From positions 631 to 64,630 of the forward strand of contig JBGCFT010000088.1 in the NCBI GenBank assembly GCA_045107085.1: 64,000 nucleotides of DNA, in the 5' to 3' direction. Within the stretch, counting starts at the first letter, position 1, and every line of letters begins with the position of its first letter. Source of the DNA: Marinicellaceae bacterium. Lineage in GTDB: Bacteria; Pseudomonadota; Gammaproteobacteria; Xanthomonadales; Marinicellaceae. A model generated the notes under the pieces. It did not search any database. It saw only the letters and a list, made by a program, of their open reading frames with translations, and was not told the DNA's origin. The position numbers and the translations under genes were made by a program. Below, in pieces: positions 44,103-53,013 of the stretch.

Positions 44103-46541
44103 ATGGCAAAAAATTTATTAATTGTCGAATCACCGGCAAAATCTAAAACAATAGAAAAATATTTAGGCAAAGACTATAAAGTACTGGCTTCTTATGGACA
44201 TATAAGGGATTTATTACCAAAAACAGGAGCCGTTGATACAGACAATAACTTTGAAATGACCTATATTGAAGTTGAAAGAAACAAAAAACACATTGATGCT
44301 ATTGTCAGGGAAGCCAAAAAAGCGGATAGCATATATTTAGCAACGGATTTAGATAGAGAAGGAGAAGCAATATCTTGGCATGTTTCAGAAATATTAAAAA
44401 ATAGAAAAATTCTAAAAGAAAAAAATATTTATCGCGTAGTTTTCAGTGAAATAACGAAAAATGCCATTCAACAAGCTGTTGCAAATCCACGTGAACTCTC
44501 AAATGATTTAGTTGATGCTCAACAAGCCAGACGCGCACTGGATTATTTAGTAGGTTTCAACTTATCACCATTGCTCTGGAAAAAAGTCAGAAGGGGATTA
44601 TCTGCAGGCCGAGTTCAATCACCAGCTTTAAGAATGATTGTTAACAGAGAAGAAGAAATTGACGCATTTGATCCTCAAGAGTATTGGACTGTATCTACTC
44701 CTATGCAGAAAGAAAACTTCGAATTTATGGCTAACTTAATTCAATTTGAAGGAAAAAAACTCAAGAAATTTGATTTAAATAATGGCAAACAGGTTGAAGA
44801 GGCCATTAATAAACTAAAAAGCCAAGCTGGCGATAGTTTAACAGTTACAAAACTAACTGAAAAGCAGAGAAAAAGACGTCCAGCACCTCCATTTATTACA
44901 TCAACACTTCAACAAGAAGCTGCCAGAAAACTTGGATTTTCTACAAGAAAAACCATGCAAATTGCACAACAACTCTATGAAGGAATGTCAGTTGATGGAA
45001 CAGTTCAGGGTTTGATTACTTACATGCGTACTGATTCTGTGCAATTATCGCAAGATGCCTTAAAAAATATTCGCCTTTCTATTAGTAATAATTTTGGTAA
45101 AGAATTAGTTCCTGAAAAACCAAATTTTTATAAAGGTAAATCTAAAAATGCCCAAGAGGCCCATGAAGCAATAAGACCTGTTAATGCTTTATATGAACCA
45201 AAGAAGATTGCAGCCAGCTTAGATACTGACCAGCTAAGATTATATGACTTAATTTGGAAACGTTCATTGGCATGTCAAATGGTCAATGCGCTTATTGGTA
45301 CTGTATCTGCTGATTATGAATTTGGTGATGCTCATATTTTTAGAGCTACCGGATCAACTGTTATAAAGAAAGGATTTTTAACAGTTTATGAGGAAGGCAA
45401 AGATGATCAGAAAAAACAAAATAAAAACGTTTTACCAAGATTGGCAGAAGGAGATCAATCAAAAGTTATTAATATTGCTGGAAAGCAACATTTTACTGAG
45501 CCTCCGCCACGATTTTCAGAGGCCAGTTTAGTAAAAGCACTTGAGGAACATGGAATTGGTCGACCCTCGACTTATGCCTCAATTATTAGTACTTTATTGA
45601 ACCGAGATTATGTTGAATTAGAACAAAAAAGATTTCATCCAACTGATATTGGTAAAGTAGTATCACGTTTCTTACAAAAACATTTTGAAAAATATGTGGA
45701 CTATGACTTTACGGCAAATTTAGAGGATTCCTTAGATGCAGTTTCGCGTGGGGAGCAGCAGTGGATACCACTATTGAAGCAGTTTTGGGACCCTTTTAAA
45801 AATTTAATTGATGACAAAGAAGAGTCTGTCAGCCGAGAAGAAGCCCAGTATAAAAGGGAATTAGGCACCGATCCTAAAACAGGAAAACCAGTTACCGCAA
45901 GAGTTGGAAAATATGGTTCATTTGTTCAAATTGGCACGCGAGACGATGAAGATAAGCCTCAATTTGCAGGACTTCTGCCAGGCCAAAAGTTAGATAAAAT
46001 CACCTACGAAGAAGCCATGGATTTATTTAGGTTGCCAAGGCACTTAGGAGAAACGCCAGAAGGTGAAAAAGTCAGTGCTAATATTGGCAGATTTGGTCCA
46101 TATGTTCGCTATGAAAATAAATTTGTATCAATTAAAAAGGATACCTATTCACCTTATGAAATCACACTTGAAGAAGCACTTGAGCTTGTAAAAGAAAAGA
46201 AAATAGCAGACGCCAATAGAATAATAGAAACTTTTGATGATGGTGTTCAAATACTTAATGGACGATGGGGACCTTACGTCACAGATGGCAAAAAGAATGG
46301 TAAAATAGTGAAAGGCACAGACCCCAAAACTTTGTCTCATGAAGATTGTTTGGAAATACTTGCCAATACTCCAGACAAAAAATCTCGTTTTAAGAAGAAA
46401 ACCAAGAAAAAGATAGCTAAGAAAAAAGCAACAAAGAAAAAAACAAAGAAAAAGTCCAAGAAAAAAGCAACAAAGAAAAAAGTAGCTAAGAAAAAAGTGT
46501 CAAAGAAAAAGGCATCTAAGAAAAAAACAGCCAAAAAATAG
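44103..46541 (+). CDS. topA: DNA topoisomerase I with cysteine-free C-terminal repeats and lysine-rich tail
   Basis: LLIVESPAKSKTIEKYLG Toprim N-terminus and the active-site region GLITYMRTDS. Three C-terminal GxxGxYV repeats are followed by a tail of about 50 aa with (A/S/T/V)KKK periodicity. Confidence 0.9.
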   Translation: MAKNLLIVESPAKSKTIEKYLGKDYKVLASYGHIRDLLPKTGAVDTDNNFEMTYIEVERNKKHIDAIVREAKKADSIYLATDLDREGEAISWHVSEILKNRKILKEKNIYRVVFSEITKNAIQQAVANPRELSNDLVDAQQARRALDYLVGFNLSPLLWKKVRRGLSAGRVQSPALRMIVNREEEIDAFDPQEYWTVSTPMQKENFEFMANLIQFEGKKLKKFDLNNGKQVEEAINKLKSQAGDSLTVTKLTEKQRKRRPAPPFITSTLQQEAARKLGFSTRKTMQIAQQLYEGMSVDGTVQGLITYMRTDSVQLSQDALKNIRLSISNNFGKELVPEKPNFYKGKSKNAQEAHEAIRPVNALYEPKKIAASLDTDQLRLYDLIWKRSLACQMVNALIGTVSADYEFGDAHIFRATGSTVIKKGFLTVYEEGKDDQKKQNKNVLPRLAEGDQSKVINIAGKQHFTEPPPRFSEASLVKALEEHGIGRPSTYASIISTLLNRDYVELEQKRFHPTDIGKVVSRFLQKHFEKYVDYDFTANLEDSLDAVSRGEQQWIPLLKQFWDPFKNLIDDKEESVSREEAQYKRELGTDPKTGKPVTARVGKYGSFVQIGTRDDEDKPQFAGLLPGQKLDKITYEEAMDLFRLPRHLGETPEGEKVSANIGRFGPYVRYENKFVSIKKDTYSPYEITLEEALELVKEKKIADANRIIETFDDGVQILNGRWGPYVTDGKKNGKIVKGTDPKTLSHEDCLEILANTPDKKSRFKKKTKKKIAKKKATKKKTKKKSKKKATKKKVAKKKVSKKKASKKKTAKK

Positions 46542-46547
46542 AATAAG

Positions 46548-47102
46548 ATGGTTAAAGATAAATTAATCAATCAAGCTGTAGATTCTTTAAAAACAGGAGG
46601 CACAATTGTTTATCCAACAGAATCAGTTTATGGACTAGGTTGCAACCCTTTTGATGAAGAAGCTGTCAATGGACTACTTAGTCTCAAACAAAGACATGTG
46701 AGCAAAGGTTTGATACTTATAGCATCGCATATACAACAAATACTGCCCATGATAAAACCCAGTAATTCTAACGATTTAGCAAGAGCTTTAAAAACTTGGC
46801 CAGGTCACCATACTTGGATATTTCCTAAAACAAAATTGGTTCCAGATTGGGTTTCTGGAGAGCATAATAGTGTTGCAGTCAGAGTAAGTAACCACCCTAT
46901 TGTTATCAAGTTATGTAATAAGTATAATTCACCCATAATATCAACCAGTGCAAATATTTCAGAACAAAACACATTAAAAACTATAAAAGAGATACGATCT
47001 GTATTTGGTAACAGAATAAATTATTATTTGGATGCTCCAACTGGAACAGAGAAAAAACCAAGTACAATTCATCTTGCTCATTCAGATGCTATAATCCGTT
47101 GA
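46548..47102 (+). CDS. tsaC: L-threonylcarbamoyladenylate synthase TsaC (YrdC/RimN type)
   Basis: GGTIVYPTESVYGLGCNP signature; 184 aa. Confidence 0.85.
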   Translation: MVKDKLINQAVDSLKTGGTIVYPTESVYGLGCNPFDEEAVNGLLSLKQRHVSKGLILIASHIQQILPMIKPSNSNDLARALKTWPGHHTWIFPKTKLVPDWVSGEHNSVAVRVSNHPIVIKLCNKYNSPIISTSANISEQNTLKTIKEIRSVFGNRINYYLDAPTGTEKKPSTIHLAHSDAIIR

Positions 47103-47108
47103 ATTACC

Positions 47109-48464
47109 GTGAAACTTGAATTTAAGAGTCGATTATATTCTTTAGCAACTGCTTTTTTGACACCAGTTGTTTTGTTTCGACTGGCCAGTAGAGGAATTAA
47201 ATCGCCAGCCTATTTCCGGAGGTGGCGAGAACGATTTGGTGTTTTTCCTAACCCAAACTTTGAAAAATCTATATTGATTCATGCCGTATCAGTGGGAGAG
47301 GTAAATGCTGCCATTCCACTCATCAAAGCGCTAATGGAAACCTATGGTGATTATGACTTTGTTATAACGACTGTCACACCAACTGGTTCCGACAGGGTTC
47401 AACAAATATTTGGAAATAAAGTTTTTCATCTTTATTTGCCTTATGATTTACCAGGTGCTGTCAAACGGTTTTTGAAAAAAATTAAACCAGAACTGGCGGT
47501 TGTAATGGAGACTGAAATATGGCCAAACTTATTTAGGTTTTGCAAAAAAAGAAACATCCCAATTGTAGTAGCTAATGCCAGATTATCTGAATTATCATTA
47601 AAAGGTTATAAATGGGTTCAATCCTTGGCAACAATGGCTGTAAACAATACAAAGTTTGTTGCTGCTCAAACAAAAACAGATGCACAAAGAATGATAAGAC
47701 TTGGTTGTGATGCTGATAAAATATATGTTGTTGGTAGCTTGAAGTTTGATATTATTATAGAAGAAGAAACCATTAAAAAAGGCAAGGCCATCCACAAACA
47801 TTGTGCAGAAAACCATTTGATTTGGATAGCAGCCAGTACTCATCAAGAAGATGAAAAAGAGTTACTAGAGGCTTATAGTTTTCTTAAAAGAAAATATCCT
47901 AAATTATTGCTAATCATTGTCCCTCGACACCCTGAAAGGTTTCAAGTAACCACACAAGCTTGTATTCAAAAGGGCTTTAATACTCAATTAAGAAGTATTT
48001 GTGGATTGTATGATATAGATGCCGACGTATTTATTGTGGATACTATGGGAGAAATGTTAGAATTTTATGCTGCCTCTGATATTGCTTTTGTTGGTGGCTC
48101 TATATCGAATATTGGGGGCCATAATGTACTTGAAGCTGCAGTATTTAAATTACCAGTATTGGTAGGGCCCAATACCCATAACTTTTCAGAAATAACCCAA
48201 TTACTCCATGATTGTGGTGGATCGAAGCTTGTGAATAATGCCAGTGATATCATCAATTATATGCAGGAACTTATAGAGAATCCATCAATGAGAGAATCAA
48301 TGGGAGAAGCGGCTCATAAACTAGTAAAAGAAAACAGAGGAGCAGTTTCACTTACTATGGAATTAATTGCAAACGCATTAAAAAATGAACCTTTAAATAC
48401 AAAAATGCAAGCCAGAAATTATGTTATTCCTGAACACAAATCAAGTTCTATAAATAATCCATGA
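47109..48464 (+). CDS. waaA: 3-deoxy-D-manno-octulosonic acid (Kdo) transferase
   Basis: IHAVSVGE N-terminal motif, GGSISNIGGHNVLEAA C-terminal motif, GTG start. Confidence 0.85.
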   Translation: MKLEFKSRLYSLATAFLTPVVLFRLASRGIKSPAYFRRWRERFGVFPNPNFEKSILIHAVSVGEVNAAIPLIKALMETYGDYDFVITTVTPTGSDRVQQIFGNKVFHLYLPYDLPGAVKRFLKKIKPELAVVMETEIWPNLFRFCKKRNIPIVVANARLSELSLKGYKWVQSLATMAVNNTKFVAAQTKTDAQRMIRLGCDADKIYVVGSLKFDIIIEEETIKKGKAIHKHCAENHLIWIAASTHQEDEKELLEAYSFLKRKYPKLLLIIVPRHPERFQVTTQACIQKGFNTQLRSICGLYDIDADVFIVDTMGEMLEFYAASDIAFVGGSISNIGGHNVLEAAVFKLPVLVGPNTHNFSEITQLLHDCGGSKLVNNASDIINYMQELIENPSMRESMGEAAHKLVKENRGAVSLTMELIANALKNEPLNTKMQARNYVIPEHKSSSINNP

Positions 48465-48634
48465 GTATAATATTTATATTAGTAATAATGAGTTTGATTT
48501 TAGTGGGGTTTGCTATTTGGGCTTTTTTTTGGGCGATAAAGAACAATCAGTTTGATGATTTAGATACCCCTGCCTATTCAATACTTGATAAAACTGATCA
48601 GGAAGAGTATCTGAAGTCAAAAGAAGAGGAATAA
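48461..48634 (+). CDS. ccoS: cbb3-type cytochrome oxidase assembly protein CcoS (57 aa; absent from the supplied ORF track)
   Basis: Translation MSIIFILVIMSLILVGFAIWAFFWAIKNNQFDDLDTPAYSILDK matches the CcoS/FixS signature (one TM helix plus GQ(F/Y)DDL..PA..IL). The ATG overlaps the waaA TGA. Confidence 0.7.
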   Translation: MSIIFILVIMSLILVGFAIWAFFWAIKNNQFDDLDTPAYSILDKTDQEEYLKSKEEE

Positions 48635-48638
48635 ACAA

Positions 48639-49349
48639 GTGAGTTTATTAACGCCTTTTTTAATTGGACTTTTTTCAAGTATTCACTGTGTTGCTATGTG
48701 TGGCGGCCTTTGTGGGTTTTTTGTACAAAAGAATCCCAGTAAAAAAACAATAGTGGTTATTAATTTAGGCAGAGTGTTAACTTATACAATACTGGGTATA
48801 TTTGTAGCAGGTATCATTCAAGGTTTTATCATGCAAATTCCAATTGCAGTAATCGGATTTTGGATGAGATCCTTTTTAGGGATAGTATTAATGTATTTAG
48901 GTGTAAGAATATTACAAAATAAAAGTACTCTTCACTCTTTTTTTTCAAATAATTATTTATGGCAAAAATCTAAGAAAAAACTTCAAAACCTTAACAATAA
49001 CAATTCAACTTATGCAAATTTATTAAAAGGCATGTTGTGGGGCTTAATTCCTTGTGGCCTATTATATGGTGTTTTAATTGCAGCAGCTTCAACACAAAAT
49101 GTAATTCAAGGTGGATTGTTTATGCTGGCTTTTGGAATAGGAACATTGCCATCAATGCTGGTAGCAACAGGCCTCATTAAAAACTTTCAAAGCCGTTTAT
49201 ACTCCAATTGGGCGCGAATAGGAGCAGGCATGTTTATATTTTTAATAGGCTTATGGAGTTTTGTTTCACCTTGGTTTAGTGATGCTTTGTTTCCTGAGCA
49301 TCCAGTATTTACATCAATAATTGCTTTTCTAGACAGCTGTATCCCATAA
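48639..49349 (+). CDS. TauE/SafE-DsbD_2-like membrane protein
   Basis: N-terminal SSIHCVAMCGGL motif and multiple TM segments. This family is often found after ccoS. Confidence 0.6.
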   Translation: MSLLTPFLIGLFSSIHCVAMCGGLCGFFVQKNPSKKTIVVINLGRVLTYTILGIFVAGIIQGFIMQIPIAVIGFWMRSFLGIVLMYLGVRILQNKSTLHSFFSNNYLWQKSKKKLQNLNNNNSTYANLLKGMLWGLIPCGLLYGVLIAAASTQNVIQGGLFMLAFGIGTLPSMLVATGLIKNFQSRLYSNWARIGAGMFIFLIGLWSFVSPWFSDALFPEHPVFTSIIAFLDSCIP

Positions 49350-49387
49350 ACTTTAATGTATAATAACTAATTTTGTAAAACAGTATA

Positions 49388-50317
49388 TTGAATAAAAAAG
49401 CAATTTTCTTAATGGGACCAACAGCTGCTGGTAAAACGGATGCTGCTATCTATTTGCATGAAAAATATGGTTGTGAAATTATTTCAGTTGATTCCGCATT
49501 GGTTTACAAGCAAATGAATATTGGAACCGCCAAGCCAGATAATGAAACGTTAATCAGAGCACCGCATGCTTTAGTAGATATCATTGATCCATGGCAATCC
49601 TATTCAGCCGCCTCTTTTTGTCAAGACGCTTATGAACTAATGGAGACTTCAGTTCAAAAAAACAAAATGCCGCTATTAGCTGGCGGGACTATGTTGTACT
49701 ACAGAAGCTTAGAAAATGGACTATCTCAATTACCAGATGCAAATGATAAAATTCGGAAAGAATTGTCCGAATTGCTAAATCAAAAGGGATTACCGTATTT
49801 GCATCAATTATTACAAAAAATTGATCCTAATTCTGCAAATAGAATCAACATTAATGATCCGCAAAGAATACAACGAGCTTTAGAGGTTTATAAAATTTCT
49901 GGCAAAACAATGACAGAACTTCATGAAGCTGATCAAGGCAATAAAATTGATTACACACCGTTAAAAATTATTATTGCACCAGAAAGAGCTCTTTTACACA
50001 AAAGGATCGAACAGCGCTTTAAAATAATGTTAGATAGTGGCTTTGTAGAAGAGGTTGAGGCATTAAAGTCTAATACAAAAATTCATTTCAATATGCCATC
50101 AATGCGATGTGTTGGCTACAGACAGGTTTGGCAATACTTGAATGGTGAATTAAGCTTTGATGATATGATTTTTAAGGGGATAGTGGCTACACGGCAACTA
50201 GCCAAAAGACAATGGACATGGCTTAGAAAAGAAGATAAGGCGCATTGGCTTGACTCAACAAAAAAAGGATATTTAAACTCTATCTCAGATTTAGTAGAAA
50301 AATTTTATGAAAGTTAG
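49388..50317 (+). CDS. miaA: tRNA dimethylallyltransferase
   Basis: LMGPTAAGKT P-loop, SVDSALVYKQMNIGTAKP, TTG start. Confidence 0.9.
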   Translation: MNKKAIFLMGPTAAGKTDAAIYLHEKYGCEIISVDSALVYKQMNIGTAKPDNETLIRAPHALVDIIDPWQSYSAASFCQDAYELMETSVQKNKMPLLAGGTMLYYRSLENGLSQLPDANDKIRKELSELLNQKGLPYLHQLLQKIDPNSANRININDPQRIQRALEVYKISGKTMTELHEADQGNKIDYTPLKIIIAPERALLHKRIEQRFKIMLDSGFVEEVEALKSNTKIHFNMPSMRCVGYRQVWQYLNGELSFDDMIFKGIVATRQLAKRQWTWLRKEDKAHWLDSTKKGYLNSISDLVEKFYES

Positions 50318-50320
50318 TCA

Positions 50321-51193
50321 ATGAATGTTGTTATTCTATCACGTAATGAAAAACTATATTCTACGAGAAGATTGGTAGATGAATCAGTTAAATTTGGACA
50401 TTCAACAACCGTGGTTGATTATATGCACTGTCATATTGTCAATCAAGCAAGCCAAAATTCTATACTTCATTATGGTAAACCCCTGAAATTAGTAGATGCA
50501 ATCATTCCTAGAATAGGCGCAACATATACAGATTATGGTGCAACACTCCTTCGTCAATTTGAGTTACAAAATCTTAAAACATTGGTTTCATCGGAAGCAT
50601 TATTGATGGCCAGAAACAAGCTTCATTGTCTCCAAAAATTAATGAAAGTTAAAGTAAAAATTCCTGCTACTTATTTTGCACATTATTTTAATAATCTGAA
50701 TGATATAATTTCAACAGTGGGCGGTTTTCCTTTTATTATAAAGCAACTCGAGGGTACCCAAGGTCATGGTGTATTTTTAATAAAAGATCAAAAACAAGCC
50801 TCTGAGATTATTAAGATACATGAAAGCGTAAATAGAAAATTTATATTTCAGAAATTTATCAAAGAATCTAAAGGCTGTGATATTCGTGCTTTTGTAGTTG
50901 GAGGAGTTGTTGTGGCAGCAATGAAACGTCAAGCAAAACCAGAAGAATTCAGGTCTAATTTGCATCAAGGAGGCAAAGGTTTGAATATTAAATTGACAGA
51001 TTTAGAAACCAATACTGCGGTAAAATCTGCGGCCGCTATGGGCCTCTCAGTGGCTGGTGTTGATATGTTACAATCAAATCATGGTCCATTGGTCATAGAA
51101 GTTAATGCTTCTCCCGGTTTGGAGGGCATAGAAAAAACCACACAAGTGAATGTTGCAGAGAAAATTATTAAATACCTTGAAAAAATTATATGA
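50321..51193 (+). CDS. rimK: ATP-grasp alpha-L-glutamate ligase RimK
   Basis: Colinear with E. coli RimK along its whole length (IPRIG, KQLEGTQGHGV, GCDIRAFVVG, FRSNLHQGG, EVNASPGLEGIEKTT). Confidence 0.85.
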   Translation: MNVVILSRNEKLYSTRRLVDESVKFGHSTTVVDYMHCHIVNQASQNSILHYGKPLKLVDAIIPRIGATYTDYGATLLRQFELQNLKTLVSSEALLMARNKLHCLQKLMKVKVKIPATYFAHYFNNLNDIISTVGGFPFIIKQLEGTQGHGVFLIKDQKQASEIIKIHESVNRKFIFQKFIKESKGCDIRAFVVGGVVVAAMKRQAKPEEFRSNLHQGGKGLNIKLTDLETNTAVKSAAAMGLSVAGVDMLQSNHGPLVIEVNASPGLEGIEKTTQVNVAEKIIKYLEKII

Positions 51194-52116
51194 AAATAAC
51201 CAATATCAATATCGCTAAAGGCCAAAATAAAACCATAAATTTACCCGTTGCAAAGTTAATTTCAGGAACTAATATTGATGTGCCAATAACAATATTTAGA
51301 GGCTTAAAAAATGGGCCAGTACTACTATTGATGGCAGGATTACATGGCGATGAAATTAATTCCATAGATGTTATCAGGCAAATAATTGAAAAAAAACTTA
51401 ATCATGTAGATGCAGGAACTGTGATATGCATTCCTATTATGAATGTTTTTGGGTTTATCAATTTTTCCCGCGAAGTACCTGATGGAAAAGATGTTAATCG
51501 CTCATTTCCTGGTTTTGCAAATGGGTCTCTAGCCAGCCAAATTGCCTTTCACTTAACTGATAAAATATTGCCTTTGTGTGATTATGTTATAGATTTTCAT
51601 ACAGGTGGGAAAAGTCGTTTTAATATCCCTCAAACCAGAGCAACAATGGATAACAAAGCCTGTAAAGATTTTGCTGTTGCATTTAATGCGCCCTTTTCAT
51701 TGCACTCTAACGTCATAAAAAAATCTTTGCGTGAAACAGCTCTATCACAAGGAAAAACAATCATTGTATATGAAGGAGGGGAGTCTTTGCGGTTTGATAA
51801 ATATTCAACAGATATTGCTATTAATGGAATTAAAAATATCTTAAGTTATCTGAACATGAAACCCTATAGCCATACTTCAAATAAAACAAAAGTCTTACTT
51901 AAGCGTAAATGGCTTAGAGCCCCCGTTTCAGGTTTTTTTCATCCCTTAATTAATGTGGGTGAAAGCATCAGTTTAAACCAAATAGTTGGGTCAATCAGCG
52001 GACCTTATGCAAATTATACAGAAGAATGTGTCAGTAAAAATAGTGCGTATGTCATCACTATAAATAACAATCCAATGGTTAATCGAGGTGATGCAATAAT
52101 TCAAATAGCGTATTAG
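51190..52116 (+). CDS. succinylglutamate desuccinylase/aspartoacylase (AstE/AspA) family zinc hydrolase
   Basis: GLHGDEIN zinc motif, DVNRSFPG and DFHTGG. ATGA overlap with rimK. Confidence 0.7.
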   Translation: MKITNINIAKGQNKTINLPVAKLISGTNIDVPITIFRGLKNGPVLLLMAGLHGDEINSIDVIRQIIEKKLNHVDAGTVICIPIMNVFGFINFSREVPDGKDVNRSFPGFANGSLASQIAFHLTDKILPLCDYVIDFHTGGKSRFNIPQTRATMDNKACKDFAVAFNAPFSLHSNVIKKSLRETALSQGKTIIVYEGGESLRFDKYSTDIAINGIKNILSYLNMKPYSHTSNKTKVLLKRKWLRAPVSGFFHPLINVGESISLNQIVGSISGPYANYTEECVSKNSAYVITINNNPMVNRGDAIIQIAY

Positions 52117-52164
52117 CTTTTTGAATTTGCATTTTTGCTAAGAACTTACTTTAAATAAAAACTT

Positions 52165-52992
52165 CTAAAGTTCTTCACCACATCTTCTACAAAATAAGGC
52201 GTTATTGGTGTGTCCTCTGAGATTACAAGTAATACACAGTCTTGAGAGTTTTCTATTTCTCTGCGTTTCTTTATTTAATTCAGCTGCAAAAATTCCTGTT
52301 GGCACTGCAATAATTGAATAACCAGTCAACATAATAAAAGAAGCCACAAACCTACCCAGTGCCGATTGTGGCGCAATGTCTCCATACCCAACTGTTGTGA
52401 GTGTAACCACAGCCCAGTATATACCATGTGGAATACTGGTAAATCCATTTTCAGGTCCTTCTATCAAATACATTATTGAGCCAAATATGACCAACACAAT
52501 GATGATAAAGAAAAAGAAAACAAAGATTTTATGGCGGCTATTTTTAACAGCTCTACTTAAAATTTGTGCTTGATTGGTATAATTGATAAGTTTGAGGATT
52601 CTAAAAATTCGTAAAATTCTAAGAATTCGTATCACTAAGAGTTGTTGGGTTCCAACAAAAAACAAAGATAAATATGTTGGTATAATGGAAAGTATATCGA
52701 CAATACCAAAAAATGAAAACATATATCTAACGGGAGATTTTGTACTAACGAGTCTTAGAATATATTCAAGTGTAAATACAATGGTAAAAAACCATTCAAT
52801 CACATAAAAAAAATCACCATAAGCTAAGTTGAGCTCGACGACACTGTCTAACATTATGGTCAATACACTTAAAATAATAAATACAATAAGCATGATGTCA
52901 AACCATTTACCAGCTGGAGTATCAGAGTGATAAATGATCTTAAAAACTTTCGAACGCCACGGAGATTTACTTGAGGATTCTTCTTGTTTCAT
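52165..52992 (-). CDS. voltage-gated-type (6TM) potassium channel with C-terminal CxxC-x11-CxxC zinc-ribbon-like tail
   Basis: S4 helix VIRILRILRIFRILK (basic residue every third position), selectivity filter TTVGYGD, and C-terminal CITCNLRGHTNNALFCRRCG. Confidence 0.8.
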   Translation of the reverse strand: MKQEESSSKSPWRSKVFKIIYHSDTPAGKWFDIMLIVFIILSVLTIMLDSVVELNLAYGDFFYVIEWFFTIVFTLEYILRLVSTKSPVRYMFSFFGIVDILSIIPTYLSLFFVGTQQLLVIRILRILRIFRILKLINYTNQAQILSRAVKNSRHKIFVFFFFIIIVLVIFGSIMYLIEGPENGFTSIPHGIYWAVVTLTTVGYGDIAPQSALGRFVASFIMLTGYSIIAVPTGIFAAELNKETQRNRKLSRLCITCNLRGHTNNALFCRRCGEEL

Positions 52993-53013
52993 GGCATAGG
53001 CCTAAATTGTAAC

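Noticed and set aside
46337-46570. 77-aa Phe-rich minus-strand ORF
   Set aside because: It is the antisense reading of the AAG/AAA lysine-repeat tail of topA.
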